Assembly (NCBI GenBank): GCA_041288095.1
Contig: JBGGMJ010000175.1
Span: 1-63,863, forward strand
From: Myxococcota bacterium
Lineage (GTDB): Bacteria > Myxococcota > XYA12-FULL-58-9 > JALHOP01
DNA: 63,863 nucleotides
Reading direction: 5' to 3'
The notes under the pieces were generated by a model. It saw only the letters and a list, made by a program, of their open reading frames with translations, had not been told where the DNA came from and made no database searches. Both the position numbers and the translations under genes were made by a program. Positions 17,561 through 32,627 of this stretch are shown here, piece after piece; positions within the stretch are counted from its first letter, which is position 1; each line of letters starts with the position of its first letter.

Positions 17561-20500
17561 TCACGCCGCCATCGACGTCGTCGCATCGGCGGCCGGCTCG
17601 CGGATCCTGAACCACGCCACGTAGAGCGCGGGCAGGAACAAGAGCGTGAGCACCGTGCCGACGATGATGCCACCCATCATGGCGTAGGCCATCGGACCCC
17701 AGAATACCTGGCGGGCAATGGGAATGAGCGCGAGGCTCGCCGCGATAGCGGTCAGCAGGATGGGGCGGGTTCGATGCTCCGTCGCGTCGACGACGGCTGT
17801 CCAGGCGTCCATGCCGCTCTCGCGGTGCTCTTCGATCTGCACCACGAGAATGACCGAGTTGCGTATGAGAATGCCGATGAGGGCGAGCACGCCGAGGATG
17901 GCCACGAAGCCGAGCGGCTTGCCCGACGGCAGCAAGGCCGCGACGACGCCGATGAGCGCCAAGGGCGCCACGGCGAAGACCAGGAAGAGCCGTGAGAAGC
18001 TCTGCAGCTGGGTCATGAGCACGGTGGCCATCACGAAGATCATGAAGGGCACGACGGCGGCCATCGGCGCCTGCGACTTGGCGCTCTCTTCGACGGCGCC
18101 GCTGATGGCGATGGCATAGCCGGGCGGCAGCGTCGCGGCGAGGGTGTCGATCTCCGGTTGGAGCTGCGCCATCGCGGTCGGCGGCTGGATACCGGCGACG
18201 TCCGCTTTGACGGTGATCGTCGGCTGGCGGCCGCGCCGGCGAATGAGCGGCTGCTCGACCTCGTAGCGGAAGTTGGCGATCGACTCGAGTGGCACCGAGG
18301 CACCGCTTCGCGTCGGCAATTGCAGATTGCGAAGCTGCTCGATCGAGGTGCGCTCCGTGACATTGGCGCGTACGACGACGCTCACTAGATAGATCGAGTC
18401 GAGCACCTGCGTGACATCGTCGCCGCCGACGACGGTGTTGAGCGCCGAGGAGATGGCTTGCGACGAAATGCCTAGCTGGCGCGCCTTGTCCTGGAGGACC
18501 TCGACCTTGACGACGCGCGACGCCTCGTTCCAATCGAAAACGGTGTCTTCGAGGTAGGGATTCTTGCCGTAGATGTCGGCCACTTTGTTGGCGATGGCAC
18601 GAACCTGCTGCGGGTCTGGTCCGCTGACGCGGTGTTGCACCGGGCGGCCGACCGGTGGGCCGAGCTCGAGAAAGTGGATGTAGACGTCGGTCCCCGGGAA
18701 AGTCTTGGTCAACCACGCCTTCAGCTTTGGCTTCAATGCGTCGCGCGTCGCGACGTCCTTCGAGACGATGACGACTTGCCCGAAGAACGGCTGCGCGAGC
18801 TGTACGTCGAGCGGCAGGATGAAGCGCACCGCGCCTTGGCCGACGTAGGAGCTATAGCGGACGATGTCGGGATTACCGTCGAGCACTTCATGCTCGAAGC
18901 GATCCATCTGCGCCTTGGTCTCCAGGACCGAAGCCGATTGCGGCAGGGTGAAATCCACGAGGAGCTCCGAGCGGTCGGAGCTCGGGAAGAACTGTTGCTG
19001 GACGAACTTCATGCAGAACACCGAGATGGCGAACGCCGCGACCGTGGCGCCGATCGTCAGCCAGCGGTGGCGCATGCACACGAGCAGCACCGAGCGGAAG
19101 ACACGGGCGAAGCGCGAAGGGCCCGCGTGTTTGTGCTTGAGCACTTTCGGCAGGACCGCGACCCCGATGAGTGGCGAGAAGACGACCGCCACGACCCAGG
19201 AGATCATCAATGACACGCCGACCACGATGAACAGCGAGAACGTGTACTCGCCGGCGCCGCTCGAATTGAGGCCGACCGGGATGAAGCCGGCCACAGTCAC
19301 GATGGTCCCGGTCAGCATCGGGAACGCCGTCGACGTGTAGACCGCCGTCGCGGCCTTGGTGAGCGGCTCGCCTTCCTCGAGCTTGGTCACCATCATCTCG
19401 ACCGCGATCATGGCGTCGTCGACCAGGAGGCCGAGCGCGATGATCAACGCGCCCAGAGAAATGCGCTGTAGACCGACGTTCGCGTACTGCATGAACACGA
19501 AGGTGATCGCGAGGACCAGCGGGATGGACAGGGCCACGACCAGACCCGCGCGTAAGCCGAGGCTGATGAAGCTCACGATGAGGACGATGACGACGGCTTC
19601 GAAGAGCGACTGCGTGAAGTGACCGACAGCCTCTTCGACGATCTGCGGTTGATCCGACACCAAGTGCACGCCGACACCAATGGGTAGGGTCGACTCGAGG
19701 CGCTGCATCATGACGTCGAGCCTCTCGCCGAACTCGAGTAGGTTGCCGCCGTCACGCATGCCGATGGCGAGGCCGATGGCCGGTTGTCCGTTGAAGCGGA
19801 AGAGGGTCGAGGGTGGATCACGGTAGCCGCGCGTCACCGTCCCTAGATCGGCTAGGCGGAAGAAGCGGTCGTTGATGCGCAAGTTGATGTTGCGGATGCT
19901 CTCTTCGGAGTCGAACTGGCCGCTGACGTCGATACGAATGCGCTCGCTGCCGGCCTCGAGCGTTCCCGAGGGCACGATGGCGTTCTGGCCGCTCAGGGTC
20001 GTGAGGATGACCTGCTCGTCGATGCCGAACGCCGCGAGCTTGGCGGGTGAGAACTCGAGGTAGATGACCTCGTCTTCGGCTCCCAGCAGCTGAACCTTTC
20101 CGGCGTTCGGGATGGTGAGGATGCTGCGACGGATCTCCTCCACGTAGTCGCGGAGCTGACGGCGCGTGAGACCGTCACCGGTGAACGCGTAGATGTTGCC
20201 GTAGACGTCGCCGAAGTCGTCGTTGAAGAACGGTCCGTAGACGCCGCGAGGCAAGGTCGGCTTGATGTCCGCGATGATGTTGCGGACGCGCACCCAACTA
20301 TCGGTGACGTCGCGGCCGCGCGTCGCGTCCTTGAGGTTGACGAAGATGGTCGTTTCGCCCGCCGTCGTGATGCTGCGCGTGTAGTCGAGGGTCTGCAGCT
20401 CCTCGAGCTTCTTCTCGATGCGCTCGCAGACCTGCTCCGTGATCTGCGAGACCGAGGCGCCCGGCCACTTCGCGACGATGACCATCGTCTTGATGGTGAA

Positions 20501-20632
20501 GCTGGGGTCCTCCGCGCGACCGAGGTTGCGGTACGCGAAGACGCCGAAGAGCCCGAAGACCACCATGAAGTAGGTGATGTACGAGCGATGGCCGAGGGCC
20601 CAATCAGACAGGTTGAACTTGCCGGCGCTCAT
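17561..20632 (-). CDS. RND efflux permease (AcrB family, TriC/MexK-like)
   Basis: 1023 aa; LGRAEDP.F, GLLVDDAMIAVE, RTRPILLT. Confidence 0.96.
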   Translation of the reverse strand: MSAGKFNLSDWALGHRSYITYFMVVFGLFGVFAYRNLGRAEDPSFTIKTMVIVAKWPGASVSQITEQVCERIEKKLEELQTLDYTRSITTAGETTIFVNLKDATRGRDVTDSWVRVRNIIADIKPTLPRGVYGPFFNDDFGDVYGNIYAFTGDGLTRRQLRDYVEEIRRSILTIPNAGKVQLLGAEDEVIYLEFSPAKLAAFGIDEQVILTTLSGQNAIVPSGTLEAGSERIRIDVSGQFDSEESIRNINLRINDRFFRLADLGTVTRGYRDPPSTLFRFNGQPAIGLAIGMRDGGNLLEFGERLDVMMQRLESTLPIGVGVHLVSDQPQIVEEAVGHFTQSLFEAVVIVLIVSFISLGLRAGLVVALSIPLVLAITFVFMQYANVGLQRISLGALIIALGLLVDDAMIAVEMMVTKLEEGEPLTKAATAVYTSTAFPMLTGTIVTVAGFIPVGLNSSGAGEYTFSLFIVVGVSLMISWVVAVVFSPLIGVAVLPKVLKHKHAGPSRFARVFRSVLLVCMRHRWLTIGATVAAFAISVFCMKFVQQQFFPSSDRSELLVDFTLPQSASVLETKAQMDRFEHEVLDGNPDIVRYSSYVGQGAVRFILPLDVQLAQPFFGQVVIVSKDVATRDALKPKLKAWLTKTFPGTDVYIHFLELGPPVGRPVQHRVSGPDPQQVRAIANKVADIYGKNPYLEDTVFDWNEASRVVKVEVLQDKARQLGISSQAISSALNTVVGGDDVTQVLDSIYLVSVVVRANVTERTSIEQLRNLQLPTRSGASVPLESIANFRYEVEQPLIRRRGRQPTITVKADVAGIQPPTAMAQLQPEIDTLAATLPPGYAIAISGAVEESAKSQAPMAAVVPFMIFVMATVLMTQLQSFSRLFLVFAVAPLALIGVVAALLPSGKPLGFVAILGVLALIGILIRNSVILVVQIEEHRESGMDAWTAVVDATEHRTRPILLTAIAASLALIPIARQVFWGPMAYAMMGGIIVGTVLTLLFLPALYVAWFRIREPAADATTSMAA

Positions 20633-21678
20633 GGTGCGACCTCGGGGGCGATGCGTTGACCTTCGACGAGTTGGTGGACACCAGCAACGACCACGCGCTC
20701 GCCATCACGGACGCCTTCGCTGATGACCGCGCGTTTGCCTTTGCGGTCGACGCATTTGACGCCGCGCAGATGCACGGCGTCGGCGTCGACGATCCACACG
20801 AATTCGCTCCCGTCCTTGTCGAAGACGGCTTCGACGGGGACGCGGACGGCCGCGGGAAAGTCTTGTGCGAAGGTTGCGTACATGGTCGCGCCGAGACGAA
20901 CGCCCGGGAGCCGTTCGGGCAAAGCGATCCAGACACGGTGGGTCCGACTCAGGCGGTCGGCCGCCGGGTTCATCTGGCGGATGACGCCGTGCGAGGAGAC
21001 ATTGGCGTCGTCGGCGGCGCTGACGATGGCGTCGTCGCCGATGGCGAGGCTCGACGCCACCGATTCGGGTACGTCGACGACCACGTCGACCACCTCGGGG
21101 CGCGCCATCTCCGCGACCACCTGGTTGGGGGCGACGGTTTGCTCGACCTCGAAGTCGATCTTGGTGATGACGCCGTCGAGCTCGGCGCGCAGGGTGCCGT
21201 AGCCCAGGCTCTCACGCGCTTTGGCGAGACGGGCGCTGGCCTCGGCGACCGACGCGCTCGCGGTGTCATGGGAGGTCTGGGCCGTATCCATCGCCGATTG
21301 GGGAATCGCGTCGACCTCCAGCAGCCGGGTTTCGCGGTCGAGAGTCTGCGCGGCATTACGCTGGCGCGCGGCGACGGCGTCAACGCTGGCGCGCGCGGCG
21401 GCGGCGCTCGAAGCCAGCGCCGCGGCGTCGAGCGTCGCGATCACGTCGCCCTTCTTGACGACGTCGCCCACGGCGACCAGACGTTTGGTGATGCGTCCGC
21501 CAACGCGGAACGCGAGCTGCGTGATGTAGCGGGGCGCCATGGCGCCCGGGAACGCCTGATTGCGGCCGAAGGACTCGCGCGCGATGACGCTCAGCACTGG
21601 GCGCGGCTTGACCTCGGGCGGCGTTTCTTTGGCGGCGCACGCGCTCATGAGCACGGCGAGAACGACGGTGCGCTTCAT
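20629..21678 (-). CDS. RND periplasmic adaptor (MFP) lipoprotein
   Basis: Lipobox LMSAC; LAFRVGGRI..R.V.VGD.VKKGD; GVRDGERVVVAGVHQL. Confidence 0.93.
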   Translation of the reverse strand: MKRTVVLAVLMSACAAKETPPEVKPRPVLSVIARESFGRNQAFPGAMAPRYITQLAFRVGGRITKRLVAVGDVVKKGDVIATLDAAALASSAAAARASVDAVAARQRNAAQTLDRETRLLEVDAIPQSAMDTAQTSHDTASASVAEASARLAKARESLGYGTLRAELDGVITKIDFEVEQTVAPNQVVAEMARPEVVDVVVDVPESVASSLAIGDDAIVSAADDANVSSHGVIRQMNPAADRLSRTHRVWIALPERLPGVRLGATMYATFAQDFPAAVRVPVEAVFDKDGSEFVWIVDADAVHLRGVKCVDRKGKRAVISEGVRDGERVVVAGVHQLVEGQRIAPEVAP

Positions 21679-22751
21679 GTGCGGCTCCCCTCCGCGTAGG
21701 CGACGGCTTGACCGGGGCGCAGGCGGTTACCGCCACGGCTGACCACGAGCTCACCGTCCTTGAGACCTTCGATGACGACGACGCTTTGCGACTCGTAGGC
21801 GCCGACGTCGATGGGACGGAGAGCGACTTCTTTCTTGCCCTCGTCGACGACCCAGACGGCTGGCTGGCCGCGGTAGTCCGAGAAAATCGAGGCGGCGGGG
21901 AGCGTCACCGTCTTCGACGCGATGAGCGTCATCTGGCCGATGACGGGCGTGCGCAGGGCCATCTCGGTAGGCGGATTGACGATGGTGACGGACACGCCGA
22001 CGCTCGCGGTCGTTGCGTCGACGATGGGCGATATCTCGCGCACGATACCGATGGCGGTAACGTCCGGTTTTTCGGTCAGGCGCAAGGCTAGCTTGGTGTT
22101 GGTTTCGAGCCGTGCCGCGACGGTCTCGTGGACGCGGAAGACGGCATCGCGCGGGCCGTCCTCGGCGAAGGTGTACGCTGGAGCGGTCGCTTGCACGACC
22201 TGCCCGACCTCGATGTTACGGGCGACCACGACGCCGGAGCGGGCCGTTCGCAACTCGGTATAAGACAGCCGGTCACGCGTCGAGGCGAGCGTCGCCTTGG
22301 CGGATGCGAGACTGCCCTTGGCGAAGAGCATCGCCTCTTCCTTGGCATCGAAGGACTTTTTGCTCGTCGCCTGCTGCGCGAAGAGGTTCTTCTCGCGACC
22401 GAGCTCGAGCTCCGCTTGTTTGAGCGATGCTTCGGCCGCCGCGACAGCCGCTTTGGCGACCTCCACGTCGGCGATCTCTTGCTGCGGATCGAGGCGCGCG
22501 AGGAGGGTGCCCGCCGCGACGTGGTCGCCAACATCGAACTTGCGCTCCGTTACCTTTCCGCTCAAGCGGAACGAGAGAGCACTCTCGACCTTCGCGCGAA
22601 CCTCGCCGGTCGCTTCGAACACCGACGAGGAATCGCCTCTTACGACACGAACCACGTCGACGCTCTGTGGATGACGTTCTGGGGGAGGAGGAGCGTTGCA
22701 CGCGGCGAGTGCAAGCACGATGCACGCGTAGCTCGAACGGGTGATGAGCAT
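21675..22751 (-). CDS. Second RND periplasmic adaptor (MFP) lipoprotein
   Basis: Lipobox LALAAC; LSFRLSGKV.ER..DVGD; GLKDGELVV. Confidence 0.93.
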   Translation of the reverse strand: MLITRSSYACIVLALAACNAPPPPERHPQSVDVVRVVRGDSSSVFEATGEVRAKVESALSFRLSGKVTERKFDVGDHVAAGTLLARLDPQQEIADVEVAKAAVAAAEASLKQAELELGREKNLFAQQATSKKSFDAKEEAMLFAKGSLASAKATLASTRDRLSYTELRTARSGVVVARNIEVGQVVQATAPAYTFAEDGPRDAVFRVHETVAARLETNTKLALRLTEKPDVTAIGIVREISPIVDATTASVGVSVTIVNPPTEMALRTPVIGQMTLIASKTVTLPAASIFSDYRGQPAVWVVDEGKKEVALRPIDVGAYESQSVVVIEGLKDGELVVSRGGNRLRPGQAVAYAEGSRT

Positions 22752-22826
22752 GCGCCTCAAGTAAGCGCGATCGGCTCGTCGTGCAATCGCGTGTTTGCAG
22801 AACCGTGATTTTACGAGACTCGGGTC

Positions 22827-23599
22827 CTAACCGTTTCCGCTGGAGCGCGCGGCGTGCTCCGCTACCGCGACGCTGGCCTTCAGATAATCGCGATTGAGCT
22901 GGGCGATATAGCGAACGCTGATGCCCTTCGGGCACGCCGCCTCGCACTCGTAGTGATTGCGGCACGAGCCGAAGCCTTCCTTGTCGTGCTGGTCGACCAT
23001 CTTCTTGGCGCGGCGATAGCGCTCGGGCTGGCCTTGCGGCAGCTCCGCCAGCTGGGCCACTTTAGCGGACACGAAGAGCATCGCCGAGGCATTCGGGCAG
23101 GCCGCGACGCACGCACCGCAACCGATGCACGCGGCCGCTTCGAATGCCCTGTCCGCCGACTCCTTGCTGATGGGGATGGCGTTGGCGTCTTGAGCGTTGC
23201 CGGTATTGACCGACACGTAGCCACCTTGCTGCACGATGCGGTCGAACGCCCCGCGGTCGACCACGAGGTCCTTCACCACGGGGAAGGCCGCGGCGCGCCA
23301 AGGCTCGACCGTGATCTCCGCGCCGTCCTTGAAGGTGCGCATGTGCAACTGGCAGGTCGTCGTCAGGTCCTGTGGGCCGTGCGGCATGCCGTCGATCATC
23401 ATCGCGCACGAGCCGCAGATGCCCTCGCGGCAGTCATGCTCGAAAGCGACAGGCTCCTCGCCTTTGGCCGCGAGGTCCTCGTTGAGGACATCGATCATCT
23501 CGAGAAACGACATGTCCGGGGAGACGTCGCCGCGCTTGTAGGTCACCAGCTTGCCTGGTTCCTTGGGACTCTTCTGACGCCAAACGTGCAGGGTGATGT

Positions 23600-23603
<4 letters not shown>
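22827..23603 (-). CDS. sdhB: Succinate dehydrogenase/fumarate reductase iron-sulfur subunit
   Basis: [36 protein letters not shown] overlap with sdhA. Confidence 0.96.
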
Positions 23604-25513
<1,910 letters not shown>

Positions 25514-25532
25514 GAAACCATCGCTCCTTACA

Positions 25533-26276
25533 TCAACGCGGCTGAATGAATCCGAGCAGCACCGCTACCGGCATCGAAACGTTGCCGAGGAAGACGAGCA
25601 CGCCGACGGCGGGACCGACCTTGCTGAACAGACCGTTGTACTTGGGGTGATTGAGGCCGAGTGATTGGAACATGCTGGTCGCGCCGTGCGACAAGTGCAT
25701 GCCGACGAGCGCCATGGAGACGATGTACGCCGCCGAGACCAACGGATTCTGGAAGCCGCGCACCACCATCGAATAGACGTCGTGGCGCCCCAGCGGATCC
25801 TCGAGTGAGTAGTCCGCCGGGTTCGTAACGCCCAAGGTGAAGTGCAGCAGGTGATAGACGACGAAGGCCAAGAGGATGAGGCCCGAGACCGCCATGGTCC
25901 GCGCGAAGACGTTGGTGTGCATCGACGTCTGCTTGCGGTAGGCGACGGGGCGCGCCTGCTTGTTCAGTATGGCTAAACGCAATCCCGAGGCGATGTGCGC
26001 TAAAACGGCCACGATGAGCCCGATGCGCGCGACCCACAACAGCGAGCCCAGCGACTTCAGGAACGCGGCGTAGGCGTTGAGCTTCTCCCAGCCCAAGAAG
26101 ACCTGGAGATTGCCGACCATATGCGCGAGCACGAAGCCGACCAGGGCGATGCCCGACACCGCCATCACGTACTTGGCCCCGATCGACGAAGTGACGAAGC
26201 CGCGTACCCAGCCCATGGCGTGATTCTCGTGGGCCGCTTTCGCGAGGTTCCCGTCGTTCGCTACCGTCGATGCCAT
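25533..26276 (-). CDS. sdhC: Succinate dehydrogenase cytochrome b subunit
   Basis: [13 protein letters not shown], His-bearing TM helices, HL.HG..S.FQSLG. Confidence 0.93.
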   Translation of the reverse strand: MASTVANDGNLAKAAHENHAMGWVRGFVTSSIGAKYVMAVSGIALVGFVLAHMVGNLQVFLGWEKLNAYAAFLKSLGSLLWVARIGLIVAVLAHIASGLRLAILNKQARPVAYRKQTSMHTNVFARTMAVSGLILLAFVVYHLLHFTLGVTNPADYSLEDPLGRHDVYSMVVRGFQNPLVSAAYIVSMALVGMHLSHGATSMFQSLGLNHPKYNGLFSKVGPAVGVLVFLGNVSMPVAVLLGFIQPR

Positions 26277-26285
26277 GACGTACTC

Positions 26286-28522
<2,237 letters not shown>

Positions 28523-28667
28523 GACTTCTTGCCTCTTGCGAAAGACTTTTGGCTGGGGCCACTTACACCTCGCGCCCGCGCCTCGCAAGGAGGACATGTA
28601 GGTGCTGCCTCAACCCCGAAAAGCAGCGGTTTTTCGCCGATGTGGGACGACGTACGGTGCAGCGGGT

Positions 28668-28696
28668 TTGCCAAGTGACTTCCGGCGCGGCATGAT
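28668..28696 (+). promoter_or_regulatory. Putative sigma70 promoter of diguanylate cyclase
   Basis: TTGCCA-N17-CATGAT, 39 nt before start. Confidence 0.4.
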
Positions 28697-28735
28697 CGTC
28701 TAACCTACGCTTTAGGTCTTCGAGGGCAACGCACG

Positions 28736-29941
28736 GTGAACGAGCGTCCGCGCATATTGTTGGTCGCAGCTGACGAGCTAGTCGCCGAGCTTTTCGTCGA
28801 GCTCTTGCCGACGCGTGGCTTCGACGTCGAACGTGCCAGGAACCTCGAGGAAGCGTGCGCTTCGCTACAGCGGTCAGCGTGCGACGTGCTGCTCGTCGAG
28901 GACGCGCCGCCCGAGATCGATGCGCAAGCCGTGTTGTGGTGGGCTCGCCAGACGTTGCCCGAGATCGAGGTCGTGGTCGTTGCGAGCCACAACCAACCGC
29001 AGCGCGCCATCGAAGCCGAGCAAGCCGGCGCCTACGACTTCTTGAACCTACCGCTCGAGTCCATGGACGAAGCGGTGCAGACGCTCCGGCGTGCCGCCGT
29101 CAAGCGCAACGTCGTCCGCGCCAATGAGCGGCTGACATCGTATCTCACGCAAGCCGATGCGCAGATCGACGCGGTCAACCAAGACGTCGAGCGCTTGGTG
29201 CAACAGCGCAGCAAGCAGCTCGAGTATCTCGCGCAGGCCAATCACCAGATCGACGCAATGAACCAGGAGCTCGCGCGTCTTATCGCCGAGCGGACCAAGC
29301 AGATCGATCAGCTCGAAGCGGCGAACCGGCGCATCGAGCAGATGAATCAGGAGCTCGAGTCCCACGTCGCCGAGCGCACGCAGCAGCTCACCGAGGCCAA
29401 CGCGCGTCTACAAGAGCTCAGCATGACCGATGAGCTCACCGGTCTGTACAACCAGCGCTGGCTGCACACGCGCCTCGACGAGGAGTACGCTCGCGCTCAG
29501 CGCCACGAGACGCCGCTCGCGGTGCTCATGCTCGACGTCGATCACTTCAAGCGCGTCAACGACTCGCATGACCACCTCTTTGGCAGCGCCGTGCTGCGGC
29601 GGGTCGGCGACCTGCTCCGGCAAGGCGTGCGCGGTATCGACGTCGCTGTCCGCTATGGCGGCGACGAGTTTTGCGTGGTCCTGCCGCAGACCAATCTCGC
29701 GGGTGCCGTCGCGGTCGCCGAGCGCCTACGCGCGAGTATCGGCCGCGCCAACGTCGGCGACGAAGAGACGCCTTACAAGCTCACGGTCTCGATCGGTGTC
29801 GCGGCCCTCGGCGAATGCGAGTCTGTCGATGGACGGACCTTGCTGCAGCAGGCCGACAAGGCGCTCTACGTGGCAAAAGAAGGCGGCCGCAACCGGGTCG
29901 TCGGCATGAACCACAAGGGTAGCGTCGGCTTCGCCGGCTAG
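28736..29941 (+). CDS. Diguanylate cyclase: degenerate receiver + repeated coiled coil + GGDEF
   Basis: TDELTGLYN, DVDHFKRVND, RGID I-site then RYGGDEF, ADKALY.AK.GGRN. Confidence 0.93.
   Translation: MNERPRILLVAADELVAELFVELLPTRGFDVERARNLEEACASLQRSACDVLLVEDAPPEIDAQAVLWWARQTLPEIEVVVVASHNQPQRAIEAEQAGAYDFLNLPLESMDEAVQTLRRAAVKRNVVRANERLTSYLTQADAQIDAVNQDVERLVQQRSKQLEYLAQANHQIDAMNQELARLIAERTKQIDQLEAANRRIEQMNQELESHVAERTQQLTEANARLQELSMTDELTGLYNQRWLHTRLDEEYARAQRHETPLAVLMLDVDHFKRVNDSHDHLFGSAVLRRVGDLLRQGVRGIDVAVRYGGDEFCVVLPQTNLAGAVAVAERLRASIGRANVGDEETPYKLTVSIGVAALGECESVDGRTLLQQADKALYVAKEGGRNRVVGMNHKGSVGFAG
29141..29392 (+). repeat. Three tandem 84-bp (28-aa) signalling-helix repeats
   Basis: YLTQADAQIDAVNQDVERLVQQRSKQLE / YLAQANHQIDAMNQELARLIAERTKQID / QLEAANRRIEQMNQELESHVAERTQQLT. 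Confidence 0.85.
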
Positions 29942-29983
29942 CGTGGAAAACGTCAGGGCCACCTGCTAATCCCATACGTCACC

Positions 29984-30790
29984 ATGGGACTACTGACCGG
30001 CCGCCGAGGGCTCATCGTCGGCATCGCCAACGAGCGGAGCTTGGCCTACGGCATCGCCAAGGCCGCGAAGGCCGAGGGCGCCGAGCTCGCGGTCACCTAC
30101 CAGAACGAGCTCATGAAGAAGCGCGTCGGGCCTATCGCCCAGGAGCTCGGAGCGTTTCACGTCGCCCCGTGCGACCTCGGTAACGACGCCGAGATCGCCG
30201 CGGTCATGCAGGCGCTCGCGGCCGACGGTCTCGACTTCGTGGTGCACGCGGTCGCCTCGGCGAAGCGCGAGGAGCTGTCGGGTAGCTTCTTGCAAACCTC
30301 GCGCGATGGGTTCGCCCTAGCGATGGACGTGTCGTGCTACTCGCTCATCGCCCTGGCGCGTCACGCGGCGCCGCTGCTCGCGGCCTCGAAGCACAATCCG
30401 AGCATCCTCACGTTGAGCTACATCGGCGCGAAGGTCGTGGTGCCCTCGTACAACGTCATGGGTGTGGCCAAGGCGGCGCTCGAGGCGACGGTCCGCTATC
30501 TCGCGGTCGATCTCGGGCCGCGTGGGGTGCGTGTCAACGCGCTCTCGGCGGGGCCGGTTCGCACCTTGTCGGCGGCCGGCATTCACGGGCTCCGCGAGAT
30601 GCTCGCGTGCGTCGAGCGTGAGTCGCCGCTCCGCCGCAACATCGACATCGATGACGTCGGCCGCGCCGCGCTCGCGCCGTTGTCGGCGCTCGGCTCGGCG
30701 ATGACCGGCGAAACGATTTTCGTGGATTCCGGCTATCACTTGCTTGGTGGCGGGGCGTGGGCCTCGGCTACCTCTGGGAGTACGTCATGA
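29984..30790 (+). CDS. fabI: Enoyl-ACP reductase
   Basis: [37 protein letters not shown]. Confidence 0.95.
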   Translation: MGLLTGRRGLIVGIANERSLAYGIAKAAKAEGAELAVTYQNELMKKRVGPIAQELGAFHVAPCDLGNDAEIAAVMQALAADGLDFVVHAVASAKREELSGSFLQTSRDGFALAMDVSCYSLIALARHAAPLLAASKHNPSILTLSYIGAKVVVPSYNVMGVAKAALEATVRYLAVDLGPRGVRVNALSAGPVRTLSAAGIHGLREMLACVERESPLRRNIDIDDVGRAALAPLSALGSAMTGETIFVDSGYHLLGGGAWASATSGSTS

Positions 30791-31245
30791 GCGTCACCGT
30801 GATGATTCAACCGCTGCACGCAAAGCTCGGCAAGGAAGTGCCGCTACCGTCACGCGGCACCGTGTCGTCGGCGGGGCTCGATCTGTCTGCTTGCGTGGAT
30901 GCACCGGTCACCCTGATGCCGGGCAAGCGCGCGCTCATTCCCTGTGGCTTCGCCATGGCCATTCCCGACGGCTACGAAGCGCAGGTGCGGCCGCGCAGTG
31001 GGCTCGCGGCAAAGCACGGCGTCACCGTGCTCAACAGTCCGGGCACCATCGACGCCGACTATCGCGGTGAGGTGAAGTGCATCCTCATCAACCACGGCGA
31101 GGAGCCGTTCGTCATCGAGACGGGCATGCGCATCGCGCAGATGGTCGTGGCGCCCGTGACTATGTCCGCTATAGAGGTCGTGACGTCGGTGACGGCGACG
31201 GCGCGTGGGGCGGGCGGCTTCGGGTCGACTGGAGTCAAGTCGTAG
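30787..31245 (+). CDS. dut: dUTPase
   Basis: [36 protein letters not shown]. Confidence 0.97.
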   Translation: MSVTVMIQPLHAKLGKEVPLPSRGTVSSAGLDLSACVDAPVTLMPGKRALIPCGFAMAIPDGYEAQVRPRSGLAAKHGVTVLNSPGTIDADYRGEVKCILINHGEEPFVIETGMRIAQMVVAPVTMSAIEVVTSVTATARGAGGFGSTGVKS

Positions 31246-31266
31246 ACTGTGCGAGCGTGACCGGCG

Positions 31267-32430
31267 ATGAGCCTCGCTCTTGCGCTCACTAGCTTGGTCT
31301 TGAGCCAGGCGTATCGGCCGACCACGCCGGTCGAGATCTACGTGGCGCCGATCGTCGCGCCGACGAACATCCTCGGCATGGGTGGCGCCGCGCAGGCCCT
31401 CGCGACTGGGTCGGGCGCGATGCTGATGAATCCAGCGGCGATGGCGGTCCGCTACGACTACAACGGCGGCAACTGGTTCGATTGGGACTTCTCGCTCGAT
31501 TACTTGGTGTCCGCCGGTGACACGGACATCGAGAACTCCGGTTTCGATCGGGGTGACGAAAGCGTGCAGCTCCTCGAAGCGTCGCTCGGGTTCAATTTCG
31601 GACGCTTGGGCGTCGGCCTCTCGTTCGACTCGCAGGAGACGCGCTTTTGCGGCCGCGGCTTCGTCTGCGACGTCAACTCGCGCTTGCGTATCAATACGGT
31701 GCTCGGCGCCCTTTCTGCCTCGTATGCCTTCCTGGATGGTGAGGTCACCGCGGGCGCGTCGATCATCGTCCCGTCGGCGAGCTTCCAGCAGGGCGACGAC
31801 CAGGACTCGCCGCGCTTCAGTGGTAGCGCAATCGCCCTGGGAGTCGTTGTCCGCCCGCATGGACAACCCTTGCGTTTGGGACTGTCGACGCGATTGCGCA
31901 CCGATGCGACGCGTGACGGTGGCGGCGACAACGCCCAGGTCGGCGAGAACTACATCCCTGACGCCCTGGAGGCGCCTTGGCAGATCGCCGGCGGCGTTGC
32001 TTGGAGCTTCGGCGACAAGCCCTTGAACCTACGCAACTCGTTCGGCGATTCGCGTCTCATCAATGAAGAGCTCGACCAGCTGCGGCGCTCGTACATCACG
32101 GTGGCGGCGGACTTGGTCGTCATCGGGCCAGGCGGGGGCGCGACGGGCCGCGGTGCCTGGATCGCCAGGGAAGAACAGACGGCCGGCCGCGCCGCTAGTC
32201 TCTCGCTTCGCGTCGGCGCCGAGAGCGAGTTCTGGCCCAACCAAATGCGTGGGCGCATCGGTAGCTACTATGAGCCATCCCGCTTCGATGCCGCCGACGG
32301 CCGCATCCACGGCACCATCGGCTTCGACTTCCGCCTCCTCGAGCTCATCTGGGTCTGGCGTCTGTCAGGGGTCTTCGACTACGCCCGCGACTACCGTAAC
32401 CTCGGTGTTTCCATCGGTTTTTGGCATTAG
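31267..32430 (+). CDS. Putative outer-membrane beta-barrel (FadL/PorV-like)
   Basis: LGMGGA..A..G..A...NPAAM hatch-like motif; amphipathic strands; aromatic C-terminus IGFWH. Confidence 0.65.
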   Translation: MSLALALTSLVLSQAYRPTTPVEIYVAPIVAPTNILGMGGAAQALATGSGAMLMNPAAMAVRYDYNGGNWFDWDFSLDYLVSAGDTDIENSGFDRGDESVQLLEASLGFNFGRLGVGLSFDSQETRFCGRGFVCDVNSRLRINTVLGALSASYAFLDGEVTAGASIIVPSASFQQGDDQDSPRFSGSAIALGVVVRPHGQPLRLGLSTRLRTDATRDGGGDNAQVGENYIPDALEAPWQIAGGVAWSFGDKPLNLRNSFGDSRLINEELDQLRRSYITVAADLVVIGPGGGATGRGAWIAREEQTAGRAASLSLRVGAESEFWPNQMRGRIGSYYEPSRFDAADGRIHGTIGFDFRLLELIWVWRLSGVFDYARDYRNLGVSIGFWH

Positions 32431-32627
32431 GGCGCGCCCGAGGTGCCAAACCGTCGCCGCGTCTGAGCCGGCGCGGCGCACAGCCCCGCAACCCTTGCTG
32501 GATCAGGCCCGAAACTGATCCATTGCCGCGCTTTTGCGCGTGTGTTACCCGCCTTCCCGCCGCCTATTGTCCGTGGGGTTTTTCCGGACGAGCGGGGGGT
32601 GTTCGTTCAGCTCGTACGGAGTAGTCG

